Shown: positions 9,212 to 19,138 of the stretch, one piece after another
Layout: every line of letters begins with the position of its first letter
Position numbering within the stretch: the first letter of the stretch is position 1
Virus record (IMG/VR): IMGVR_UViG_3300005937_000006
Span: 1 to 64,000 of that record
Strand: one strand, 5' to 3'
Length of the DNA stretch: 64,000 nt
Origin: a virus
Taxonomy: Duplodnaviria; Caudoviricetes
Made by a program: the position numbers and the translations under genes
Notes under the pieces: model-generated
Databases searched by the model: none
Seen by the model: the letters and a program-made list of their open reading frames with translations, nothing else
What the model was told of the DNA's origin: nothing

Positions 9212-9426
9212 CGGACATACGAGTGTGGTGCTCTACCTGTGGCGAGTCGTTCGGCCTGATGGGAAGCGAGAAGCAGGCCGAGATCATCGACGCTCATTAC
9301 CAGACGTGCACGGCATACCTGCACGGCGAAGGGCTGAAGAAAGAGCGACCCATCGCGTTCTCGACGGCGACGGAAGAAGAGGTGAGCAATGGCAGTGCTT
9401 ACCAGCCGAGGTCGCAAGCGTCTTAG
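9208..9426 (+). CDS. Small Zn-binding hypothetical protein
   Basis: CSTCG...H...C motif; ATGA coupling. Confidence 0.6.
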   Translation: MTDIRVWCSTCGESFGLMGSEKQAEIIDAHYQTCTAYLHGEGLKKERPIAFSTATEEEVSNGSAYQPRSQAS

Positions 9427-9619
9427 TTCGGGTAAGTTTGCGCTTCCTGGCAGGCGCTATCCGATACATGACAGAGCACATGCCAGAAATGCTCTCGCCA
9501 GAGTTGCGCAGCACGGTACGGCCAGCGAGAAAGCCAGGGTACGCGCGGCGGTCAAACGTCGTTTCCCTAGCATCGGTAAGAGCAAGAAGAGCACATCGCG
9601 GCGGAAGAGGAAGCGCTAG
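9389..9619 (+). CDS. Small, very basic protein
   Basis: RBS gagg; FALPGRRYPIHDRAHARNALARVAQHG core; K/R-rich tail. Confidence 0.75.
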   Translation: MAVLTSRGRKRLSSGKFALPGRRYPIHDRAHARNALARVAQHGTASEKARVRAAVKRRFPSIGKSKKSTSRRKRKR

Positions 9620-9894
9620 AACACGCGGCCCTCTCGTCGCCAGTGACAAATACGGCAGACCGAGATAAGGTTCGAGAGACGATTGGCGACTTTGTAGTCG
9701 CCATTGAACGAACGATACGGAATGAGATGATGCACGTCGAGACGGGGCTGATACTGGACCCGCCCACAGTCTCGGCACGTGTACTTGTCCCGCTTCCGTG
9801 CCGCGTCTGCCTGTCGCTGCCAGTTCGGCCCTCGATCAACGGGCTTGAAGCGAGCGTATTTCCGTCGCCGCTTACGCCGGGTCTTCGTGACCAT
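9616..9894 (-). CDS. HNH endonuclease (antisense to tail operon)
   Basis: RDKYTCRDCG..LDVHHLIP..NRLSNLISVCRICH HNH/Zn signature. Confidence 0.88.
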   Translation of the reverse strand: MVTKTRRKRRRKYARFKPVDRGPNWQRQADAARKRDKYTCRDCGRVQYQPRLDVHHLIPYRSFNGDYKVANRLSNLISVCRICHWRREGRVF

Positions 9895-9900
9895 AAGCCA

Positions 9901-9929
9901 TTTCTAGCACGGTTGGACCGTGCGTGCAA
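9901..9929 (-). promoter_or_regulatory. Putative leaderless promoter of HNH gene with palindromic spacer
   Basis: TTGCAC-N17-TAGAAA (TG extended) 6 nt before ATG; the spacer is the IR gcacggt-cca-accgtgc. Confidence 0.45.
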
Positions 9930-9937
9930 GAGCCACG

Positions 9938-12900
9938 ATGGCTAGCATCAGCACTGCCGAGCTTCGCATCCTGATCACCGCGCAGGACTACGCTTCGGCG
10001 CAGCTTGCTCGAACCGTGTCGGGGTTCAATAGCCTTGCACAAAAGGCAACCATGACCGGGTCGCAGATGACGCGGGCATTCACGCTGCCTGCGGGCGTCA
10101 TCGGCGGCAGCATCATCAAGGAAGCTGCCGACTTCGAGCAGACCCTGGACGTGCTGGTCAACACGACACGCGAGGCTGGCAACAATGTGCAGGATGCCGC
10201 CAATGGCTTCGGTGATGCTGAAACGCGCATGGCAGCGTTCCGTAAAGAAGCCCTGGCACTCGGCGCCGACCTGAACATCCCGGCTACATCGGCATCGGAT
10301 GCGGCACGGGCAATGGATGAGCTTGCCAAGGCGGGACTCAGTGCTACACAGGTGCTGGCTGCGGCAAGAGGTACGGTCCAGCTTGCCGCAGCAATGAACG
10401 TCGATGAAGCCAAAGCCGCGGACCTGATGTCAGCGGCGCTCAAAGCGTTCAGGCTTCCTGGCGAAGATGCGGTGCGCGTCACGAACATGATCGCGCGTGC
10501 CACCGAAGTCTCGCGCGCGAAGTTCGATGACTTCGCCATTGGCATTCGCCAGGGTGCTGCGGCTTTCGCTGTGACGGGGCGTCCGCTCGAAGAGTTCCTG
10601 GGGATGATCGGCATCCTGGTGGACCGAGGCGTCTCCGGCGGTGTGGCAGCCACGAGTCTGCGTCGTGCCGTTTCGGCTGTCGCGGCGCCAACCGCGAAAG
10701 CGACGGCCACGATGGAGAAGTATGGCGTCTCGCTCTTCGATGCAGAAGGGAAGATGAAGTCGTGGCCTGACATCATCGATCACCTGAGTGAGAGCTTCAA
10801 GGATCTCAACCCGCAGGAAACGTTCGCGGCCATCAAGAACATCTTCGGGCAGGAGGGATTCAAGTCCATTGCGCCGCTGATCGAGTTTAGTCGGCAGCAA
10901 AAGGAAGCGATGGATGAACTCAATGCATCCTTTGAAGCCGGTGAGATCAGTCAGGAAGAGTACGCGGCTGCGCAAGCACGTCTTGCCGAACAGGGCAAGA
11001 AGACCACTGATGAGTTACGCGCGAACATCGAGAGTATCAAAAACTCCGATGCCGCTGCCAAGATCACCGAGGCTCGCACGAAAGGGCTGAACGGCGCCAT
11101 CGACGGACTTGTCTCGTCGTTCCAGACGATGGCAATCGTTATCGGTACGCCGTTCCTGCAACGGCTCAACAACTTAGCAAGAGGCTTTGCTGAGCTTATC
11201 ACCAAATTCGGTGAGTTCATGTCCGCAAACCCACGGCTGCTGGAGTTTGTGGCGACCTTCGGCACAGTCATTGCGGCTGTTGGCCCGGCCCTATTGATCT
11301 TCGGGCGACTGCTCACGCTCATCGGCGCGCTTGCCACACCGTTTGGACTGGCAACTGCGGCTATCGCAACGTTCGCCGCCGCGTGGTCGATCAACCTAGG
11401 TAACGTCCAGGGGATCACGCACGACGCGCTTGGCGGCGTTGTCAAGATCATGGCTGGCCTTGGCGAGCGTTTGCGCGAGTGGGGCGCAGAGAACGAGCCG
11501 CTTGGCGAAATGATCGGGAAAGTCCTCTCAGGAATCGGCGGCATTGCACAGGGATTCCAATTCGCTATTCAAGGCAATATGGAAGCAGCCAAGAAAGCAT
11601 GGTCCGATGCACTTGGTGACTTTGGTAAAGCAGGCGAAATCGCACTACAACAAGTTGATCAGTTCGTCGGTGGCATCCTGGATAAGATCGGGGAGCTTAC
11701 CGGGATTGATGTCAGCGGCGCAACCACCGCGATTGACAAGCTTGCCACGCTGCTGGGGATTGACACGTCAGACTCGGTCGATGGGCTCACGCGGCTGTGG
11801 CAGATCCTCGATCGACTCGGGCAGCTTTCTCTCGGCGGGCTGACAACCATCTGGAACACGCTGAAGGAGCTAGGTTCGCTGACTTTTAGCGGGCTGGATA
11901 AGTTCCTGGACTTCAGCGCGAAGTTGTCGGGCATGACTTTCTCGGCTCCTGACCTTAGTCCGTTCGACAAGTTCAAGGAGCTTGCGCTGGCCGATTTCGG
12001 GCCTCTGGTTGATCTGCTTGCACGACTACAGCGGTTCACGTTCTCGGCGCCAGATCTCTCCACGCTTGACAAGCTCAAGGAGCTTGGTGAGTTCAACTGG
12101 AACGAACTGAAGGACTTCTTCAACAACCTTATGGTGGCGCTCCCTAAACTGAATATCCCCGGGGACTTCGCCAGGGCGCTAGAGAACATCCGCGTGGCGT
12201 TGGAGGGGATTGCCGACCTTCTCAGCAGCAAGCCGATCCAGTGGGAGAAAGCAACACCGCCACCCGATGCCGGGCAGCGTGCGCGACAGTATGCGGCTGA
12301 CCTGAAGTTCCTCTCTGCCACACTGGTGACGACAACGGGCGCATTTGCTGAGTCCATCAACATGGTCCGTGGTTTTGTGATCATGGCGGATTCGTTGATG
12401 CGGGTGCTGCCACTACTCGGACAAGCAGCCAAGGATGTCCTCACGGGCACCGAGCGAGTTGGCGCTGATAGCCCGCTGTTCCAGGCTCGCGAGATCATGC
12501 AAGAATCGAACCGGCAACTCGCTGAGCTTGGCTCGCAGAATGACGCAGCCAAGAAGCGCACGCAGGATGCCTGGGACGAATACTTCAACTTCATCAAACA
12601 GGGTGGCATCGACACGGCCAATGAGGTCGCCGCTGCGCAGCAGAAGACCACCCAGGCTGTGGACGGCACGTCCGAAGCGGTCAAAGCAGCGACGGTAGAC
12701 CTGGGCGAGTCGTTCGCGGATATTCCTGCGCAGACCGATGAGATGGCGACAGCCATTGAGCAGGGATTGGCGCCGATCCCTGCGGCGGTCACCGATACGC
12801 TCGATCCTGTTGCGCAACAGGTCACCGAGGTATCGGCAGAAGCCGCGCAGGCAATGGTCGATCAGCTTGCGTCGTTGCCTGCGAATGTCAGCCAAGCGAC

Positions 12901-15900
12901 GGGCGACATCATTACGACCATCGATCAAGTGCAGCCGCAAGCTCAAGAGTCAGGTACCGGCCTTGGGCAAGCGGTGATCGACGGTATTAGTGCAGCGTTG
13001 TCGTTGACAGCAACGCCAGCATTTGCCGAAGAACTACCTACACAGATTCAGGCCGTCGAAGCCCCTGCGCACGAGGCCGGGACGGCTGTTGGTACGGCAG
13101 TCGTCACCGGGCTGGAAGAAGGTGTCAAGCCAGCCGACACCGCGCTAGCACCGCTCTCCACATCCGTCGAGCAGTCGATGAACACGACGCTGGCAACGGT
13201 ACAGTCGAGCGGTGCGCAGATCATCGCATCGTTCACAACGACGTTCCAGCAGATCGTGGCTGCGGTGACGGCTGCGATGGCCCAGGTGACTGCAACGATC
13301 ACTACGTCAGCCCAGCAGCAGGTTGCTGCGATGCAGGCGGCGGGTGCGCAGATCCTGGCGTCGGCTCAGGCGACATGGCAGGCGATCCTGGCGTCTGCAA
13401 CCAGTACGTGGGCGACGATCACGCAGACGGTCGTTACGAGCGCGAACCAGACCCAGGCTGCGGTGGTCGCGGCTGGGCAGCAGATGACCGTCGCCATCAA
13501 CGCGGCCGGCAATTCGATGATCGCAGCCATGAGCAACGCGATGAGCGGCATGGTGAGCGCAGCAACGAGCGGGATCGCCCAGGTAATCAGCGCGGTGTCA
13601 GGGCAGGCTGCGGCGGCAGCGTCGGCGGGCGCATCCATCGGTAACTCGATCGCGAGCGGCCTGTCAAGCGCGATCCAGGCTGGTGCTGCACGGGCTGCGA
13701 GCGCGGCGGCTGCTGCCGTCAACGCGGCGATCAGCGCGGCGCGCGCGGCAGCGGACGCCCACTCGCCGTCGCGCAAGATGACCCAGCTTGGTACTGACAT
13801 GATCGACGGGCTCGCCAACGCGCTCTCGCAGGGGCAGTCGCGGGTGGCTGATGCCGTCAAGATCATCATCAAAGAGGCCCTGGCCGCGAACATCGACCCG
13901 ATGGTCGCGCTCGCGCTTGCCAAAGCTGAGTCCTCGTTGAACGCGCGCGCGCGCGGGGATTCCGGGCACTCGGTCGGCCTGTTTCAGCTACATGACGCGG
14001 GCCAGGGCGCCGGGATGTCGGTTGCTGCGCGCGAAGACCCTACAACGAACGCGCGAAAGTTCCTTCAGTCGCACTCGCAGTTGTTTGCACAACTGAAGGG
14101 ACAGATCAAAGACACCACCGAGCTAGTGCGCCAGTTCGGTGTGGCAGCGGAGCAGCCAGCCGATCAGACCGGTGCGGCGTACGTGGCGGCGTACCAGCAG
14201 ATTCAGCAGCAGATCCGTGATGCTGGCGGCTCGATTGCGGACTTGGTTGACAACCAGGATGCATTCAACACGGCGCTGGGCGAATCCGTCGATACCACTG
14301 CATCACTGACGCCACTGCTAGAACGACAACTCGCCCTCAAGGAGCAATCTGCTGCGCTCGACGTAAAGATGCTGGCAGGGCAACAGAACCTTGAGCGCAT
14401 CAACAGAGCTATTCAGCAGGTTGAAGAAGGCAGCATTGAACAGCGGCTAGCAGCGATGCAGGGCAGTCGCCAGGACAATGCGTACCTTCAGCAGGAGTTG
14501 CAACTCAAACTACAACTGCTCAAGGCCCAGCGCGATGCAGGGGTAGATTCCAAGGGCAAGCCGAGAGAGACGCAGGAGATTGCCGACATCAAGGCCGCGC
14601 TTGATCTCCTGAAGGATCAGCGCGAAGAGATCTCGCTCAATGCGGCGCTAACCAAGGCTGAGAACGAAGCGCGTTCGATGGGGCTCAAGGAGCAAGCATT
14701 GCTCCAGGGCGAAGCGCTGCGTCCACTCCAGAATCAGCAATTCCTACTCCAGCAGCAACTGGCACAGATCGACGCGCTCAATGCGGCGTGGCAAGCGGCG
14801 CAAGCGACGATCCAGAACAACAACAGCGCTGAGACGGCTGCGCGCCGCGAAGTCATCGCGACGATGCGCGAGCAAGCGGGGGCGAATACCAACATCGTCT
14901 CTGCTGGTCAGGCTGCGCTCACCGAGATGCGCAACTCGGGCAGGATCACCCAGCAAGAGTTCGAGCGCTACATGGGCATCCTGCAACAGTTCGGGCAGGT
15001 TGCCGTTGCATCGACCAATCAGGCTGCAACAGGCATCACGACGATTGCGACCGCATCGACGAATGCGCAGACAGCGATCGTCAACACTGGCGCCGCGCTG
15101 ACAACCACCGGGCAAGAGATGCAAGCTGTTGGGCAGGCCGGCGCGCAAGCAGGGCAGGTGTTGGCGACGAATGCCACGCAAGGGCTGACACAGTTCGCCA
15201 ATGAAGCGGCGGTTGCGGCGCAGAATGCCGTCAACTCGGTGATCAACGTCCTGCTGAACAGCGGTGGCGCAGCCTATGAGGCTGGGCGTACACTGGGCAA
15301 TAACGTTGGCGCTGGCCTGACTGATGGCATCGTAGAATCGGGCAACGCTGCCATCGACGCAGCGATTCAGGTTGCCAATGCGGTGATCGAAGCGATGCGC
15401 GGCCCGCAGGGCTTCGATGCGCACTCTCCTGCCCGTAAGTCGTACTTCATCGGTCAGGACGTGATGGCGGGCCTCATCAAGGGGCTCAACGATCCGACCA
15501 TCGGTGAGGATGTCAAGAAGCGCATTCAGCAGTACATCGACATGGCCGAGCGGTATCGCAAGCTGATCCCCGAGGCCATCGACAACGAGATGCGCATCAT
15601 CGAGACGCGCATCGATCAGGCCAAGGCGCTTCTTGGCATCCTCGACCTTGAGATGCGCATGAAAGAGGCTCAGCGTGCCGCCGAGGATGCGCGACGTGGA
15701 AGCCTCACCGATCAGATCAGGCTCCTGGACATTGAGCGCGACAAAAACGAGTTGCGACTCAAGGAGCTTGACCATGCCAAGAAGCTGACCGCAGCCCAGC
15801 GCGACGTTGAAGCAACCGAGCGGGCAATCCAGGAGATTGTGGAAGGCACGCTCGCGGAGCGCATCGCAGCGCTACAAGTTGAGCAGCAGCAGAACATCCT

Positions 15901-18900
15901 GAAGCGTCAACAGCTTGTGCTCCAGCAGCAGATGGCTGTTCTGAGCGCAGCGGTGCATAAAACTGAGCGCGAGATCCAGGAGACGCAGGATGGCTCGATT
16001 GCCACACAGGAGCATCTGCTCGATCTCGACTATCAGCGCGGGCTGATCCGTCAGCAAGAGTTGATGCATGCCAATGAACTGTTGGACGCCCAGAATGCTG
16101 TGGCCGATACCGAGCGGATTATTCGTGATCTGGAACGCGGCACACTGGCCGAGCGACAGGCCGAGATCACGCTCGACCATAAGAAGAATCTGCTCTCCAA
16201 GGAGCGCATTCAGATCGAGGCGCGCCTGCGGCAGATTCACGAGGCGGGCATCGCCAAGGACATCGCCGCGTTCTCGGGCCAGGGCTTGCAGGTTGTTGAT
16301 CCGTCCGACGCCACGCAGCAAGAAGTCAACGCGCTCCACAACCGACTGGCGGTCATCGAGGATCAGAACGAACTCCTGACCGACGAGGGCGAGATTCGTC
16401 GGCTCAATGGGCAGATCGCATCCTATGAGTATCGGCTCCAGCTTGAGGCGCAGCGTGATTCGGTTGATGTACTCGAACATCAAAACGAACTGCTCGAACG
16501 CCAGAGTCAGCGACTCCAAAATGAGAGCGAACTAGTCAAGCTCAACGGCGAGCTAGCTTCGCACTACTTGCAGGTGCGGCTGCTCCATGAGCAGGCTGCG
16601 CTCAAGACGTTGCAGGATCAGATCGACGCCATCGAAGCGCAGAACGATGCGCTCGATCTTGCTGCGCAGCTTCGTGCTGTTGATGCCGCTATCGCATCGA
16701 ATGCGCTGAAGATCCAGCTTGAGCAGCAGAAGGAAGCGCTGAAGGTACTCGAACAGCAGCAGCAAGTTTACGACGACCAGAACCAGGCACTCGATGAGGA
16801 AGCCGAGCGCATCCGCATCAACAACGAGCTTCGCGCCCATCAGTACGCAGTGGAAGCGGTCGTCCTGGAAGATGAGCATCGCCAGCAGCAGCGCATCATT
16901 GACGATCTGGATCGTCAATACGAAGCGCTCAACCGCCAGAAGCAGGTGTACGATGCAATTCTCCGTGCGGTTGACTACTTGCATGACCATCTACTGGACA
17001 TCGGCATTCTGGAAGACCCCTTCGCACAGCCGACGCACGAGCCTACGCCGCATGAAACGCCCGGTGGCAGCGGAGGTGGGCGATCAGGCGGCTCAGCGGG
17101 TGGTGCCGCTCGTGCGGGCGGTGCGGTGGCTGCGGCGGGTGAAGCCATTGGCAAGTCGATGAAGGATGCCGGGGCAGAAACCGAGAAGTTCGTCGGGAAT
17201 GCCCAGGCTGCATTGGCTCGCCTCAAGCCGGTCGTAACCGATGCTGCAACCACGGCAACAACCGCACTGGCTGGCACAGCAACAGCCGGGCATCAGATCG
17301 CCATTGAACTGGGCGACATCGGGAGCCGCGATTTCAAGGTGAATGTGGATGGCACGACCATTCGCGAAGCCCAGACGACCGCTGGCTACTTGATGGACAC
17401 GACTGGCGAGCTTGCCTCACAGACGTACGACATCAAAGTCAACGACCAGACCGTGCGCGTCTCCGGCGAGCAAGCCATCGCACTGCGCGAGTCCATCGAA
17501 GGGGTGGCTGATCCCGTTTCACTGAACGTCAACGGTCAGCAAGTCACGCTGACTGGGGCCGAGGTTGCCATACTCCGCGATCAACTAGCGTACGTCAACA
17601 GCGAACGGGTGACCCTATCGGTCGAGGATCAGGCCGTCAAGGATGCCGAGATGGGTGTCTCGCTGGTGACTGATGCGATCACCACGCTAGATGGCACTAC
17701 GGCTGCGCCAGCGGTTGTGCCCGAGGTAGACACCGCGCCTATCGAAGAGATGGTCACGGAGGCAGAAACCGAGCGCGTGATGGCGGTCGCCTCCGAGGTT
17801 GACACCGCTGCCGTCGATGATGTGGTGGCTGTCGTGGAGGCCGACCATACGCTGGCTGCTGCCACCGAAGTAGATACTGCTGCGGTCGATACGACCATAG
17901 CAACGATCACCGACGATCACACGCTGCCATCTACGACGACGGTTGATACCGCAGCGGTTGACTCTACGCTGGCGACGGTGGAAGCAAATCACGATCTACC
18001 GGCCACGACGGTGGTGGATCGAGCCACGCTCGACACTGCGGTGACGGTGGCAACGACGAACCATCCGATGCCGATGAACACCGTCGTGACTCAGGATACG
18101 ATGAACACGACGATCTCCACGGCGGCGACCGTGCATCCGGTCAACATGAATACCGTGGTGACTCAGGAGACGCTGGATGCGGCCATTGCGCTGGGTGAAG
18201 AACCCCACCCGCTGAACATGAACACCGTCGTCGTGCTGACCGAAATGGAAGCTGCGATCACCGAAGCTGACGCCCAGCATCCGCTCAACATGGAAACCAT
18301 CGTCGTACTGGATGAGATGGAGGCAGCCATTGCCGAGGCTGTTGCTCAGCATCCGCTCAACATGGAAACCATCGTCGTACTGGATGAGATGGAAGCTGCC
18401 ATTTCTGAGGCTGATGCACAACATCCGCTGAACATGGAGACGGTCGTCGTCCTCGAAGAGATGCAGGCCGCCATCGACGAAGCGGCAGCAGACCATGATC
18501 TCAACATCACAACGGTAGTCGAGCGAGCCGACCTCGACACCGCCATCGAAGACGTGGAAGCCGGCTATGATCTGGCAATTACCACACAGGTTGAACGCGG
18601 CGATCTTGACTCTGCCATCTCGGATGCCGAGAAAAGCTACGACCTTGCCGTCAAAGTCAAGGTTGAGGATGACGATCTCCAAGATGTGCTGGACGATCTT
18701 GATGAAGACCAGGAACTGAGCGTTGCCATCAAGATGGAGCGCGACGAGCTAGACGATGTCCTGGAAGAGATCAAGAAGAAGCACACCATGAAGGTCGAGG
18801 TTGAGAAGACCGGTGGCGGCGGGGAAGGCGAGGGTCATGCCACCGGCGGTGTGGTGCAGAGCGGTCGCGCTATCACCGTGGGTGAGTTTGGTCGCGAGAC

Positions 18901-19138
18901 ATTCGTGCCCTGGACAAAGGGCTATATTATGCCTCATCAGTTGACTGAACGGCTGATGGATGCCAATCGCGCACGGCAGATGCTTGCACCTGCGATGCCC
19001 GGTAGGCCGAACCAGCAGTCTACGGTGAACAACTTCAACGTAACCTACACAGCAGTGGAACAAAAGAAGAAGGGCGAGGCTGACATCAATCAGGTGCTCA
19101 GAGATACGGTCATGCTGCTGAGCATCGGAGGCTCCTGA
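9938..19138 (+). CDS. Tape measure protein (~3066 aa)
   Basis: N-terminal tape-measure motifs (AKALGA..PATSASDAARAMDELAKAG, GGVAATSLR), SLT-like domain, C-terminal ATGG..VGEFGRETFVP; start set at ATG 9938. Confidence 0.95.
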   Translation: MASISTAELRILITAQDYASAQLARTVSGFNSLAQKATMTGSQMTRAFTLPAGVIGGSIIKEAADFEQTLDVLVNTTREAGNNVQDAANGFGDAETRMAAFRKEALALGADLNIPATSASDAARAMDELAKAGLSATQVLAAARGTVQLAAAMNVDEAKAADLMSAALKAFRLPGEDAVRVTNMIARATEVSRAKFDDFAIGIRQGAAAFAVTGRPLEEFLGMIGILVDRGVSGGVAATSLRRAVSAVAAPTAKATATMEKYGVSLFDAEGKMKSWPDIIDHLSESFKDLNPQETFAAIKNIFGQEGFKSIAPLIEFSRQQKEAMDELNASFEAGEISQEEYAAAQARLAEQGKKTTDELRANIESIKNSDAAAKITEARTKGLNGAIDGLVSSFQTMAIVIGTPFLQRLNNLARGFAELITKFGEFMSANPRLLEFVATFGTVIAAVGPALLIFGRLLTLIGALATPFGLATAAIATFAAAWSINLGNVQGITHDALGGVVKIMAGLGERLREWGAENEPLGEMIGKVLSGIGGIAQGFQFAIQGNMEAAKKAWSDALGDFGKAGEIALQQVDQFVGGILDKIGELTGIDVSGATTAIDKLATLLGIDTSDSVDGLTRLWQILDRLGQLSLGGLTTIWNTLKELGSLTFSGLDKFLDFSAKLSGMTFSAPDLSPFDKFKELALADFGPLVDLLARLQRFTFSAPDLSTLDKLKELGEFNWNELKDFFNNLMVALPKLNIPGDFARALENIRVALEGIADLLSSKPIQWEKATPPPDAGQRARQYAADLKFLSATLVTTTGAFAESINMVRGFVIMADSLMRVLPLLGQAAKDVLTGTERVGADSPLFQAREIMQESNRQLAELGSQNDAAKKRTQDAWDEYFNFIKQGGIDTANEVAAAQQKTTQAVDGTSEAVKAATVDLGESFADIPAQTDEMATAIEQGLAPIPAAVTDTLDPVAQQVTEVSAEAAQAMVDQLASLPANVSQATGDIITTIDQVQPQAQESGTGLGQAVIDGISAALSLTATPAFAEELPTQIQAVEAPAHEAGTAVGTAVVTGLEEGVKPADTALAPLSTSVEQSMNTTLATVQSSGAQIIASFTTTFQQIVAAVTAAMAQVTATITTSAQQQVAAMQAAGAQILASAQATWQAILASATSTWATITQTVVTSANQTQAAVVAAGQQMTVAINAAGNSMIAAMSNAMSGMVSAATSGIAQVISAVSGQAAAAASAGASIGNSIASGLSSAIQAGAARAASAAAAAVNAAISAARAAADAHSPSRKMTQLGTDMIDGLANALSQGQSRVADAVKIIIKEALAANIDPMVALALAKAESSLNARARGDSGHSVGLFQLHDAGQGAGMSVAAREDPTTNARKFLQSHSQLFAQLKGQIKDTTELVRQFGVAAEQPADQTGAAYVAAYQQIQQQIRDAGGSIADLVDNQDAFNTALGESVDTTASLTPLLERQLALKEQSAALDVKMLAGQQNLERINRAIQQVEEGSIEQRLAAMQGSRQDNAYLQQELQLKLQLLKAQRDAGVDSKGKPRETQEIADIKAALDLLKDQREEISLNAALTKAENEARSMGLKEQALLQGEALRPLQNQQFLLQQQLAQIDALNAAWQAAQATIQNNNSAETAARREVIATMREQAGANTNIVSAGQAALTEMRNSGRITQQEFERYMGILQQFGQVAVASTNQAATGITTIATASTNAQTAIVNTGAALTTTGQEMQAVGQAGAQAGQVLATNATQGLTQFANEAAVAAQNAVNSVINVLLNSGGAAYEAGRTLGNNVGAGLTDGIVESGNAAIDAAIQVANAVIEAMRGPQGFDAHSPARKSYFIGQDVMAGLIKGLNDPTIGEDVKKRIQQYIDMAERYRKLIPEAIDNEMRIIETRIDQAKALLGILDLEMRMKEAQRAAEDARRGSLTDQIRLLDIERDKNELRLKELDHAKKLTAAQRDVEATERAIQEIVEGTLAERIAALQVEQQQNILKRQQLVLQQQMAVLSAAVHKTEREIQETQDGSIATQEHLLDLDYQRGLIRQQELMHANELLDAQNAVADTERIIRDLERGTLAERQAEITLDHKKNLLSKERIQIEARLRQIHEAGIAKDIAAFSGQGLQVVDPSDATQQEVNALHNRLAVIEDQNELLTDEGEIRRLNGQIASYEYRLQLEAQRDSVDVLEHQNELLERQSQRLQNESELVKLNGELASHYLQVRLLHEQAALKTLQDQIDAIEAQNDALDLAAQLRAVDAAIASNALKIQLEQQKEALKVLEQQQQVYDDQNQALDEEAERIRINNELRAHQYAVEAVVLEDEHRQQQRIIDDLDRQYEALNRQKQVYDAILRAVDYLHDHLLDIGILEDPFAQPTHEPTPHETPGGSGGGRSGGSAGGAARAGGAVAAAGEAIGKSMKDAGAETEKFVGNAQAALARLKPVVTDAATTATTALAGTATAGHQIAIELGDIGSRDFKVNVDGTTIREAQTTAGYLMDTTGELASQTYDIKVNDQTVRVSGEQAIALRESIEGVADPVSLNVNGQQVTLTGAEVAILRDQLAYVNSERVTLSVEDQAVKDAEMGVSLVTDAITTLDGTTAAPAVVPEVDTAPIEEMVTEAETERVMAVASEVDTAAVDDVVAVVEADHTLAAATEVDTAAVDTTIATITDDHTLPSTTTVDTAAVDSTLATVEANHDLPATTVVDRATLDTAVTVATTNHPMPMNTVVTQDTMNTTISTAATVHPVNMNTVVTQETLDAAIALGEEPHPLNMNTVVVLTEMEAAITEADAQHPLNMETIVVLDEMEAAIAEAVAQHPLNMETIVVLDEMEAAISEADAQHPLNMETVVVLEEMQAAIDEAAADHDLNITTVVERADLDTAIEDVEAGYDLAITTQVERGDLDSAISDAEKSYDLAVKVKVEDDDLQDVLDDLDEDQELSVAIKMERDELDDVLEEIKKKHTMKVEVEKTGGGGEGEGHATGGVVQSGRAITVGEFGRETFVPWTKGYIMPHQLTERLMDANRARQMLAPAMPGRPNQQSTVNNFNVTYTAVEQKKKGEADINQVLRDTVMLLSIGGS
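13892..14210 (+). other. Lytic transglycosylase (SLT-like) domain within TMP
   Basis: IDPMVALALAKAESSLNARARGDSGHSVGLFQL (catalytic ES and GLFQ). Confidence 0.8.
17702..18781 (+). repeat. Fifteen in-frame 72-nt (24-aa) tandem repeats in TMP
   Basis: Unit starts every 72 nt from 17702 to 18710; 47-nt identical stretch at 18275 and 18347 (HPLNMETIVVLDEME). Confidence 0.9.

Noticed and set aside
9643-9945. 100-aa + strand ORF before the TMP
   Set aside because: It is the shadow of the clear HNH on the - strand and has no motif or RBS
14744-15775. Long antisense ORFs within the TMP and capsid genes
   Set aside because: Expected from GC-rich codon bias; no motifs or start signals
17702-18781. 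72-nt periodic repeats as a CRISPR array
   Set aside because: In-frame coding repeats with no repeat-spacer alternation and no cas genes
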